Of a stretch of DNA of 62,650 nt, positions 25,101-37,935 are shown one piece after another. The DNA comes from Octopus bimaculoides (lineage: Eukaryota). The notes beneath the pieces are model-generated. The model was not told the DNA's origin. It saw only the letters and a list, made by a program, of their open reading frames with translations, and did not search any database. Location of the stretch: NCBI RefSeq assembly GCF_001194135.2, contig NC_068991.1:32730510-32793159 (forward strand). The letters are read 5' to 3'. Position numbers and translations under genes: made by a program. How positions within the stretch are numbered: the stretch's first letter is position 1; every line of letters begins with the position of its first letter.

Positions 25101-28100
25101 CAACAGCAATGACAACAACACGGATAACAACAACAATACGAACAACAATAACTGCAGCAGCAACAAGACAAACAATAATGACTACAGCAACAACAACAAC
25201 CGTAGCAACAAAAACAACATGAACAACTCCAACCCCACCAACAGCAGCAACAATAACAACAACAACAACAACAATGGCAAAAACAAACACACGAACACAA
25301 GCAACAGATACAAATACAAAAACAAAGAAAAAATCGAATACAACAACAACAACAACAGTAACAGGGGAAAGGGACACAGATAACCCTAGGCACAAGAACA
25401 CAAATAAAAGTAGGGTCATGGGGGTCACAAGGGAGAATAAAGTTGAATGCAACAGAATTCTTGGACAGGGAGTCAGTAGACTTGAAACAGAAAACATTGC
25501 TGCTAGGAGCAGAAACAACAACCACAACAGGGGAAATGGCAGGGACCAACAAGCAGACATAAGAACCAACACTAATATGAACAACACATACACCAACACC
25601 AGGTACAAGAACAATGAGAATATCACTAGCGGTAATCAGAGTGATAATAATAGTGGTAGTGCTAGGAACAACAGTAGTGTTAGTAGCAGTAGTGGTGGTA
25701 ACAGTAGTAGTAGTGGTGGTAACAGTAGTGGTGGTAGTAGTAGTAGTGGTGGTGGTAATAGTAGTGGTGGTGGTGATAATAGTAGTAGTGGTAGTAGTAG
25801 TGGGGTCGATGATGGTAGCAGTAACAACGGTAATAGTAGTAGTAGTAGCGGTAATGAGGAAGGTAACTCCAGGAGGGCCAACAACATGAATACCCATCTC
25901 CTTGACACTCAGTTCTTCAACATATGTGGCAAATCTTACAACATGAGCTGGGTTTACCCAACAACATTACCCTTTAACAAAAGGGTCTGCATCCCAAGAC
26001 ATACTAGTGACCACATGGAAGCACAATTCACTATAGCTAGGACCAAACTTAGACAGATTTTAGAATTATACACTAAGAGACAGAGACAGAATAAGAAAGA
26101 GGCCCAACAACTTGGGAATATACCTGCATGTGGCCTACACAAGCTCATGCAGCACACGAGGAACGGAGAAGTGGTATGCCTTCCAACAGATAAGTCAGGC
26201 AGGATGTCAATAGACAGATTACCAAACTATATCCAGGCAATGCAACCTCACATCGCCAATACGAAAGTAACAACTTTACAGGCGCATGAGGAAAGAGAAA
26301 AGGTCCTCAACGCCCACATGATGATGTGGACAATTGTTCTTGGACCCCAGAAATGCACAGCCAACAATTTCCAAGCCTGGAACAATGATATCCCGACGCT
26401 GTATGGACTTCGCAAGGACCACAAAGTAACCACTGATCCTGTGGCGAGACCACCAACAAGACCAGTCTGTGGAGCGAATATTGCTAGCAATTACAGGATT
26501 TCCTACTTCCTCTCAATGATCATACGCCCCATAATCCAGATGTCACCTGATGTTTGTGACAGCACAGAAGATCTCCTCAGCAGGATCAACGACTGTAACA
26601 ACACCTGCAACCTGACAGGGTATATAGTGGGTAGCATGGATGTGGTATCCCTATACCCATCTATCAACATGGATTTTGCGGTGGAGAAGTGCATGGAGAT
26701 GATCAACGAGAGCTAAGTGGAGTTCCACAATGTTAACACAGAGGAACTGGGCCTCCCACTTAGACTGACATATGACAATGAATATCTGGATAAACACGAC
26801 CTTAGAAGTTTCTGCCCCAGTAGACATTTAAGAGGTAGACCACCCAACCTATGGCCTCCAAATAGCTGATCCACCGGAACTCGGCTATTGCGGACAATGC
26901 CAAATTCAATATATTGATGGCAGACCTCGTCAGAGTAATGCGAAATGTGTCCTGCATGTGCAACCCTACAGAATTAAAGAGACATATACAACATTTCGTT
27001 CACTGCATGCAGTTCTCAGGTTACAGCCATAAAGAAAAGATCAGAGTATACAAAGGAGCTATGAAGAAATTTGAAACAATCAAACGTAATGATAGGAATG
27101 GGATTTGCCCACTCTATAGGNNNNNNNNNNNNNNNNNNNNNNNNNNNNNNNNNNNNNNNNNNNNNNNNNNNNNNNNNNNNNNNNNNNNNNNNNNNNNNNN
27201 NNNNNNNNNNNNNNNNNNNNNNNNNNNNNNNNNNNNNNNNNNNNNNNNNNNNNNNNNNNNNNNNNNNNNNNNNNNNNNNNNNNNNNNNNNNNNNNNNNNN
27301 NNNNNNNNNNNNNNNNNNNNNNNNNNNNNNNNNNNNNNNNNNNNNNNNNNNNNNNNNNNNNNNNNNNNNNNNNNNNNNNNNNNNNNNNNNNNNNNNNNNN
27401 NNNNNNNNNNNNNNNNNNNNNNNNNNNNNNNNNNNNNNNNNNNNNNNNNNNNNNNNNNNNNNNNNNNNNNNNNNNNNNNNNNNNNNNNNNNNNNNNNNNN
27501 NNNNNNNNNNNNNNNNNNNNNNNNNNNNNNNNNNNNNNNNNNNNNNNNNNNNNNNNNNNNNNNNNNNNNNNNNNNNNNNNNNNNNNNNNNNNNNNNNNNN
27601 NNNNNNNNNNNNNNNNNNNNNNNNNNNNNNNNNNNNNNNNNNNNNNNNNNNNNNNNNNNNNNNNNNNNNNNNNNNNNNNNNNNNNNNNNNNNNNNNNNNN
27701 NNNNNNNNNNNNNNNNNNNNNNNNNNNNNNNNNNNNNNNNNNNNNNNNNNNNNNNNNNNNNNNNNNNNNNNNNNNNNNNNNNNNNNNNNNNNNNNNNNNN
27801 NNNNNNNNNNNNNNNNNNNNNNNNNNNNNNNNNNNNNNNNNNNNNNNNNNNNNNNNNNNNNNNNNNNNNNNNNNNNNNNNNNNNNNNNNNNNNNNNNNNN
27901 NNNNNNNNNNNNNNNNNNNNNNNNNNNNNNNNNNNNNNNNNNNNNNNNNNNNNNNNNNNNNNNNNNNNNNNNNNNNNNNNNNNNNNNNNNNNNNNNNNNN
28001 NNNNNNNNNNNNNNNNNNNNNNNNNNNNNNNNNNNNNNNNNNNNNNNNNNNNNNNNNNNNNNNNNNNNNNNNNNNNNGTATTAACAGAGGATATAGACAA

Positions 28101-30702
28101 TACAGGCACTCCCCATACACACACATGCAATTACAAAAACATAGACACATTGAGGGATATGCATGCGTAGACACATACAATAGGAATACAAAATACAAAA
28201 TGGCTGATAGTTAGCAAGGTGGGACACACATAAGAAAGAAGAAAGCAAAGGACCACTGATGAGGACACAGAAGTGTGATGAAAGAACTCTGGCCGAAATA
28301 GGATTAATGTAATATAATGTAATATAAAGCTGAAGCAAATTAACACCAAATATACAGTGCGTGTGTTTTTATTGGCTAAACTGGCAATATGACCATCCCC
28401 AAGTACAACAACACCCACAATTACTTCTATGGCTAGTAGGAAAACCCCTATAGAGTGATGGAGTGGATGGACCAGAGCCATACGGACCCCTGCAAATGTT
28501 TATCAGGTAAAGTAAATAATCGCACATGCACTAGGAGCTAGTATAAGAGTTACCCTAAAAGGCCACATGTTTAAGTTTAACAACAAAATATACACCCAGG
28601 ACGAGGAGGCAGCCATTGGCTTTAGTATTGCCGGTGATGTGGCCAACCTTTTCATAGTATGGTGGGGCAGAAGGCTTAAGGAACGCCTGACACACAACTC
28701 CATACTCGTGAACATGTACTCTTGCTATGCCAATGATATCAATGCAGTAGTAAAGGCATCCTCACAAGAGAGTACTCTTGGAATAGAAATAGAAACTAAT
28801 ACTATGGAGAGTATCCAGCAAATAGCTAACTCCATCCACCAGAGTATTAAGGTCACGATAGACTACCCTATAAAACACCCTAACCATAGACTACCAGTAC
28901 TAGATACAGAACTCTGGCTGGAAACTGAGAATAATAAAACCCAAATCCTTCATTTACACTATGTCAAACCTATGGTCTCCAAATACCTGATCCACCGGAA
29001 CTCAGCTATCGCAGACAATGCCAGATTCAATATATTGATGGCAGACCTCATCAGAGTAATGGGAAATGTGTCCCGCATGTGCGACCCTACAGAGTTAAAG
29101 AGACGCATACAACATTTCATTCACCGCATGCAGTTCTCAGGTTACAGCCATAAAGAAAGGATCAGAGTATACAAAGCAGCCATGAAGAAATTTGAAGCTA
29201 TCATACGTAACGATAGGAATGGGATTTTCCCACTCTATAGGAGCAAGTCATGGAACACCATTGAAAGGACTAAGAAGAAAATAGGGAAGACCAACTCATG
29301 GTATGATAGCCACAAATACCAGAGTGTCATGTTCGTCAACACCACCCCTAGAGGCGAACAGGCATACCACTTTAGAAGGGCCCTAGACAAACTTAAGCCA
29401 AGAATTAAGGATGTTGAAAGGCCAGGCAACCCTATCAAATCCCTTATCAGTAGAACATACCCTTTTAGTAGAACCCCCTGCACTGATAGGAACTGTACTG
29501 TATGTAGATTTAGCCCACAAACAAACTGTAAAGCTAGAAATGTAGTCTATAGTATAAGATGTACAGAGGGACGGTGCAGTAACAAGACAACGACATACGT
29601 AGGGGAAACAGCAAGGAGCACAGGAGAGCGGGTAAATGGGCATTAGAGAGAACTTAAGGAAGAGAAGAGCTCGTTGGTTCTGTACCAGCACGCCGAGCAG
29701 GAACACTGGGGCTCACTCAACAACATAGAAGTTAAGATCTTTTCCACACATAGCAGTGACGCAGCACTTAGACAAATTACAGAAGCTACACACATAATAG
29801 AAGATAAACCTAGCCTGAATAGGAAACTGGAATGGAACACTAGCACACACACCCAACACAACACAACAATTGACAGAATGAGATCCCCATAAACTGATAA
29901 CAATATGAACAAAATAGAATACAATACACAGATAAACAAATGGAATTAAATAATTATATTCGTTAACAAAATTAAATTAAATACAAAAAACAAAACAAAA
30001 CAAAAAACGTAAGAATAAAAGAAATAAGAAAGTATAAACACATGAACAAAATAAAAGCAAATTAAACGAATGTGTATAAATAGGGGATACAGATAATACA
30101 GGCATGCCCCTCCACACACATGCACTTACTAAACATGGACACACATAGGGGTATACGCATGCGCAAATAAAGACATACAATAGGAATACAAAATGGCTGA
30201 TTGTTAGTAAGGAAGACACACAAATAAGAAAGAAGAAAGCAAAGGGCCACTGATGAGGTCATAGAAGTATGACGAAAGAATTTCGGCCGAAATACAATTA
30301 ATGTAAAAAATAAAATAAAGCTGAAGCAAATTAACACCAAATATATAGTGCGTGTTTTTATTGGCTAAAATGGCAACATGACCATCCCCAAATACAACAA
30401 TATCTGTTTCAACACACGATTTCACATCAAGAATCTTGCAAAACGAATATGTAAATATATATGTATATATAAATATATATATATATATATATCATGTTGG
30501 ACTGTTAATCCCTATACATTTTTTTCTCTCTGCCTTTTTTCATTCTCTCCATTTTTTTCATTTTAACTCTTTCTGTCGAAGAACATAGGCTCAAAATATC
30601 AAAAAACATTTCCATTCTTCCTGAGCATTAAACTAATACATCTACTTGTTGATCTCTCATCTCTCTTCATTTTTTGTTTTCTGTAAATTTGTACTTTATG
30701 TA

Positions 30703-30761
<59 letters not shown>

Positions 30762-31243
30762 NNNNNNNNNNNNNNNNNNNNNNNNNNNNNNNNNNNNNNN
30801 NNNNNNNNNNNNNNNNNNNNNNNNNNNNNNNNNNNNNNNNNNNNNNNNNNNNNNNNNNNNNNNNNNNNNNNNNNNNNNNNNNNNNNNNNNNNNNNNNNNN
30901 NNNNNNNNNNNNNNNNNNNNNNNNNNNNNNNNNNNNNNNNNNNNNNNNNNNNNNNNNNNNNNNNNNNNNNNNNNNNNNNNNNNNNNNNNNNNNNNNNNNN
31001 NNNNNNNNNNNNNNNNNNNNNNNNNNNNNNNNNNNNNNNNNNNNNNNNNNNNNNNNNNNNNNNNNNNNNNNNNNNNNNNNNNNNNNNNNNNNNNNNNNNN
31101 NNNNNNNNNNNNNNNNNNNNNNNNNNNNNNNNNNNNNNNNNNNNNNNNNNNNNNNNNNNNNNNNNNNNNNNNNNNNNNNNNNNNNNNNNNNNNNNNNNNN
31201 NNNNNNNNNNNNNNNNNNNNNNNNNNNNNNNNNNNNNNNNNNN

Positions 31244-31299
<56 letters not shown>

Positions 31300-34200
31300 T
31301 ATATATATTAAATAATAAAAAGTGTAACTTTTTTCATGAAATAACACAGAAGGGCTCAATATATTGAGCAAATATCAAAGTTCAAGGAGGGAGAGAAGAC
31401 AGATTAATTTATCATCCTCCTAGTCAGGCCAATACATATTCAAATTGGGAATACAATCAAATATTTATATACATATACATAATAATCATGCACACATGTA
31501 TAATCTGGCCCTTATGAATAGTGGCTTTAACATGAAAATAATATACATAAAAAAATACTGTATTTAGAATTAAGCTGGCTAGAATGATCACAAATTTAGG
31601 AATCTAAATATAGATGTGCCATCTAATATTGACCCCTCTTGAACTAGGACAACAATGAAGATATAATATGAAAAATAAGAATTTAGATTATAATAATGGA
31701 AGGGAATATTAACGTAAATAGGAAATTCTATAAAAAAACAGCATGGAAATGGCATATTATTTGGTTTACCCACTGTTCTCCTCACAGGTTAAAAACCTCC
31801 CCCAGTTATTCTTTAAATTAACTGAGAATAATTTTCCTTCAACACATAAGTACCACTCTATTTTTACCAAATTGATTCTGAAATTTTCTTACTCCACAAC
31901 ATTGAGCCTTGGATCGATTATTGCCACAAATAATGCTTAAAATATGAAATTTGACAAATACTAATAGTAGCAATGGAAATAATAATAATAAAAAACTGGG
32001 TGGTCCTGCGGGAAAAAGTTGCGATTGTCACTCCCAAAATAATTGTCCACTAGATGGTCAGTGTCTATGCAACAATGTAGTATATAAAAATGTGAAGTGA
32101 ATACTTTAAATGAGGTTAATAAAATATACATTGGAAGCACTACAAATTTCAAGATTAGATATAGGGCACATATGAATTCGTTTGTTAACAAGAATATGAA
32201 AAATTCAACTGCTTTGGTCATATATAGAAATAAATTAAAACCTGGTAATAGAATATACTCCCTAAAATGGTCTATAACGATGGGGGTGGGGTGCGCCATA
32301 TAACATCCATACAAAAACCTGTAGGCTTTGTTTGAAAGAAGCCATAAATATATGAAGAACAGATAAAAAATTATTGCTGAATAAGATATCCAAAGTTTTG
32401 ACCTCATGCTGGCACAAGTTGCTACCAACTTCCAAATTTTTTTAGAAAAAATAAAAAAAAACAGAAAAAAATTTTTTTTAAATGCTAACTGAGTTTCTCG
32501 ATATAGATCTTCACTCATCCTTATTTAGGTATATAATTTAGTATAGGTTTAAATGTAATCTTGTATTTCTAGTAATCATAAGACATGAAAATTTATTTTA
32601 TACACACCGGACTGCTTGGAATTTTCATTCTTATTTTTTTCTTTATATGCATTTACAACTCTTTCGCCATTTCTATATTTATTACGAAGATCACACAGTT
32701 GTTGTGTGAAAAACTTTTTTTTAAAAACAAAATTTTTTTAAAAAACCTAAACTTTAAAAAATTTTATCTCTGATGAAGGAGATGCGGCTACCAAAGTTTT
32801 TGCTTTGCATATTCCTTGAAATGATTGTAAGATATCTCACTTCATAATATTTTTATTTCATTCGTGAACTACTTTATTTTTATTTCATTCAAGGACAGTT
32901 TTAAATTACCTTACTCTATTTAATTTTACTTCATTTGAGGACTATTGTAAATCTTTTAAACATCTCACCTGCTCATGATTTTGATTCAATTTCTTTTATC
33001 TGATGTAATTTTCTGTATATATATTGTGATTGCCCAACCTTGGGATTATAATTAAAAAATATATATGTATATATTTCATTGTATTCCCAATTTAAATATG
33101 TATTGGCTGGACGAGGAGGATGATAAACCAATCTGTCTTCTCTCCCTCCTTGAATTTTACACACACACATATATATAAACACAGAGAAATAAGTTAAAAA
33201 CAATACGAAATTTCTTGAAAATATAAGTATATACCTTGAGCAAGTCAATCAATCTTGTGACAATGTCTTGTGCAGCAGCTGGGATATCTTTAACACATTC
33301 ACAGTACTCAACCATCATTTTCAATAACATCAAGACAGTACTAATATTAAAAAAATTAAATACAAATAATAGAAAGAGTAAAAAAGCCACATAATACAAA
33401 AAATAATAGAACTAGCTATATTTAAATACAAAGCTAGCACATACTTATTAGGTAGTAGTTGATATTTTGCAATTTGTTCTCTCATAGGTGTTAGAGGAAA
33501 TGAATTAATACCCATCTTCCATTTTCAGTATATCTTGAGAAAGATATTAAATTACTTCTGTGTTAATAGTGCCCAATTTTATTGCTGTAATCTACTACAG
33601 AACATATCCATAGAATTTCTAGTCAACACTTAATGTTACAACAAAGGTAAACATTATATCTATATATACAATCTTGAGGCATATTCAAATCTGTAAGAAA
33701 GTCATTTACTGTGTTTTGTTATCGAGAAAATTTCTCACTATAGACAAATGGATGTAAATACACCAAATCAGCTCACAGCAGCACCTGACCAGACTGGGAT
33801 GCATGTATTTTGGAGTGGTTATCTTCTCTTCAACCACAGAAACCAGACAGAGGCACTGTGAGCTGACACAAGACACAGTCTCCCTCTCTCATATCATATC
33901 ATCATTCAATGACTGGCTGTGCTATTCATCTACCTGTCCAGTGTCTGCAGGTAGGCACATGAGGGACAGCTTCAGTGAGGCTCAACATCTGAAGATTATT
34001 TCTTACCACTTCATCCAACATCTTCCTGAATCTACCTCTTCCACAGGTTCCCTTTACAATTAGAGATCGGCACTTCTTTATGCAGCTATCCTCGTGTATA
34101 TGCATCACAGGACCATACCAGCACAGTTTTCTCTCTTGCACACTACATCTAATATCTCTTGTACCCAGTTTTTCTCTTAAAACATTTACACTTTGTCATA

Positions 34201-34330
34201 CATGTACATCCAGTGGAACATGTTGACTTCATTTCTTTCAAGTTTTTGCATGACCTCTGCAGTCACAACCCATGTTTCACTACCATATAGCATAGTTGTC
34301 CATACACAGGCATCATACAAGTTGCCTTTC

Positions 34331-34377
<47 letters not shown>

Positions 34378-37300
34378 CCTTTTGTAACTAATAAAGGTAA
34401 TAGTTCTCTGAACTTTGCCCAGACGATTCTTATTCTAACAACTATGGTTTCAGTACATCCTCCTCCATTGCTAACTTGGTTGCTTAGGTAATGAAAGCTA
34501 TCCCCTATATCTAAGGACGCCCTACCCAGACATTTGAAGAAGTCTATTTCCTTACATTCACTCTTAGTGTTTATTGTATGTGCACATCTGCCACATACAA
34601 AGACTAAATTTTTTGTTAACCTTCTTATGATACTGCTGCACCTCTTATGCAACTCAGTTGAGAGATAAATTACTCTTTATATTAAAAAAAGTAGACATCA
34701 AGAGGGACTGGTCTTAACACTTCCACTGTAGAGTACAGGTCTTCTTGAGTACAGCAAGGTGTCAGGCATCTCAGTCCTTTGTCATCTCATCTGAAAGGTT
34801 CAGCATCCTGAGGTCATTCTTCAGTACTTCATCCCATGTCTTCCACTTTCATGTGTTCCATCTACTTTGAGAGATTGGCACTTCTTTATGGAGCAGTCAG
34901 CATCCATCCACATCACATGACCAAATCAGTGCAGTCTTCTCTCTTGCACACAGCAACTAATTTCTCTTATGCTTAACTTCTCTCTCAAAACACTAGCACT
35001 CTGTTGAACATGTACACTTATATTACACATCCAGCAGAGCATACTAGCCTTGTTCCTTTCTAACCCTTGCATGTCCTCTGCATTTAGGGCCCACATCTCA
35101 CTACCATGTACAATTGCTGTCTGTAAACATGCATCATACAATCTTCATTTTACTCAAAGAGAAACCTTTTGCAGCCAACAGAGGTAACAACTCTCTGAAT
35201 TTCCTGCATCCTATTCTTATTCTAGCCATTACATTCTCTGTGTATCCTCTCCCACCACTGATTTGGTTCCCTAGGTAGCAGAAATTATGTACTACCTCTA
35301 ATGAGCCACCAGGGAATTTGAGAGAATCAATTTCCTGAGTCTCTAAAGTTTTTATGGATCCTGTGCATCTTCCACATACAAAATGTAGCTTCTCTGATAA
35401 ACTTCCTATTAATCCACTGCATCTCTTGTGTGTCCACAGCTTTCACTTGCTACATTGTATGGAGTTTCTTATTTCTTTACTACCCACAAGGGGCTACACA
35501 CAGAGGGGACAAACAAGGACAAACGGATTAAGTCAATTATATCGACCCCAGTGCGTAACTGGTACTTATTTAATTGACCCCAAAAGGATGAAAGCCAAGG
35601 TCGACCTTGGTGGAATTTTAACTAAGAACGTAGCAGCAAATGAAATACCATTAAGCATTTCACCCAGCATGCTAATGTTTCTGCCAGCTCGCCACCTTCA
35701 TGGAACTTCATTGTATGGAGTTTCTGCCAACACCTTTCCTACAAATTGAACAGGGTCACCTACCTGAATGGAGTATGTTTCCATCAGTTTTCTTGTTTAC
35801 TAAGACCATAGTCTTTGCTAAGTTAACCTTAAGGCTTTTGGATTCCAGGTTTTTTTTTCCATGCCTGGACTATCTCACCTAGCTCAGATATGGAATCCAC
35901 TTTGGGGGCAAGATCATCAGCCTATAGTAGTTCCCAGGGGCTGCTGTTCTTGAATTCCTCTGTTATGGCCTGGAGGATGATGAAAAGGAGGGGACTAAGG
36001 ATTGAGCCTTTTATGAACCTCTACCTGTACACCAAATTCTTCGCTGTACTTGTGATTAACTCTTACCTTACTGACAGCATCTCTGTGCATAGCCTGTACA
36101 GCTTTCACCTGCCACTCATCTATCCTTAGCTTCCTCAGAGCCCACCATATCACACGATGGGGCACTCTATTAAAGGCTTTCTCTAGATCAACGCATGCCA
36201 TGTATAATTGTTTATTCTTAGCTAAGGACTTCTCTGATACTTTAAAAGCCATCATGCTTTCTATATGCACATTCATCTGCTTATCTCTAGTTTCTTTGGA
36301 CATTAAATGGATAAGAAGAATCCACAACCAAAAAGATAAGACAGTTCATTGCAGTGAAAGGGACTGAATTTAGCACTGCATGTTAACAAATTATGTTCAT
36401 TTTACAGAGCAGATCCTGCATATATTAATAAACAAAACAACTTATGAAAAAGCAAAAAACATTAGATGACATTTCTTCACTATATATTTAAAAATCTCTT
36501 GCTGCCAAGTCATTCTTGATTATGGGTAACAGCTAAAAAGAACATTTACATGTATTTAAGTTTTAGGTAAATGCTTCTAGATTAGCAGCCTGTTTTTTAA
36601 AAATATAATGATGAAATTAGGATTTTATGAAAAATCTACCTTGAAATTTTGAAATATGCTTATAAAACTAATCCTAACCTCGGCTCCTAACGATAACACT
36701 AAGATTTTAGCCCAGCATGTTGAAATTCAATTTCATTAAAAAATCATGTTGGTGTATTGTGTATTTTAGTTTTAGGTAAATGCTTAAGTGAATAGGGACA
36801 TTGCATGTAGCAGATGTCCTTGAGCAGCTGGCAGTCAGAACAGTAGTAAAATAAATTCTCTTCATTGCTTGGAATGTTCTATATTAGTAGTTGGTAGTTT
36901 TTGTTACCACACAGTCATGCCTGCACCTCCTATATCTTGAAATTTCAAAATAAACTTACAAAATTTGGATAATAAACTGTAAGGCTGAGTTCAAGACAAG
37001 TTGCTTAATAGATACAGTAGCATGTACAATCAATATAGATAACATTTAACAAAAACCCAATCAAATAATATGCAATAAATGAAAAGAATTATTCACCTAC
37101 CCAACAACTGCATATTTTTCTTTATTCACAATAATAAATTCTCCAGGTTTCTTACCTAGATAAAAAGCAAACAGAAGAAAATTTACTCTTAACACTGCAA
37201 ATTAAACATCACCCACTCTTCCATTCTCACTCTCCAAGTTGTGAGCACTCAGTAGTCTTGAAACATACAAGATGATCTCATGATACCATGATAACTTGAG

Positions 37301-37904
37301 CCTAATACACATTGTAAAGTGGCTGGCAAATCAGTTCAGACAGTGTAAGGTGGAGTATCTTTTTAGTCTTGTTGAGGATATGATAAATTTGTGAGAATGG
37401 TTAATGTTAGTAAGGACATAGAGCCATAGAAACTGTGCTAAAACTTAGATGGCCAAGTAAGATGTGGTTCTCTGACCCATCTATGAGAGTAGTAAGAACT
37501 GGCTCAGATAATAATGAACTGTACACTACATGCCAGTATAGAAACTGGATGTAAAATGATAATGTTGGTGAAAATGATATACACTAAATTGTAGTAGTTT
37601 GGCAGAGTTGTTACAGTGCTAGATAAAATACTTTGTGGTATTTGTTCTGAATGTCTGTGCTCTGTGTGCAAATCCCACTATGCCTTTATTCCTTTAGGGC
37701 TTGATAAACTAGAGCACTAGTCCAGGACAGTAGACTGGAGGAACAATTGGAACCCATTACAAACTTTTCTCATTTTCCTTTTCTTTTCCCTTGATGAGTC
37801 TGCAGGGAGGAACAGTTGGGCATGGTTTTTACAGGTCCACCTAAATCAATGAAATTGATGCTATTAATGTTTCTCTTGAACCTCTATGCATGCATGCACA
37901 CGTG

Positions 37905-37935
<31 letters not shown>

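Larger units (their letters stand above)
24217..30400 (+). mobile_element. Penelope-like element: inverted pLTR, RT N-terminal half, gap, pLTR, RT C-terminal half plus GIY-YIG endonuclease, pLTR
   Basis: RT motifs DKSG, PTLYGLRKDHK, RPVCG, SMDVVSLYPSI, AIGFSIAGDVANLF and degenerate YANDI; endonuclease C..C..CKARNVVYSIRC...TYVGETARS..ER..H; arms 24217-24867 / 29759-30388 are inverted, with a direct copy at about 28078-28410. Confidence 0.93.

Noticed and set aside
25064-25908. Long Thr/Cys/Val/Leu-rich ORFs on both strands
   Set aside because: Alternative frames of trinucleotide repeats within the PLE; no independent gene signals.
25036-29646. Selenocysteine-encoding (Naiad-type) PLE
   Set aside because: All GIY-YIG cysteines are TGT/TGC and the break at 29644-29646 is TAG. 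The single in-frame TGA (25036) is in the N-terminal region and is more simply a nonsense mutation. No SECIS was recognised.
30573-30600. CTGTCGA-agaacataggctc-AAAA hammerhead-like remnant
   Set aside because: Both the core and stem II are degraded; it cannot be supported from this copy alone.
30599-31371. Multiple 200-aa ORFs here and at the other N-gaps (22183, 27071, 40862, 61336)
   Set aside because: Artefacts of N runs and (TA)n/(TG)n repeats.
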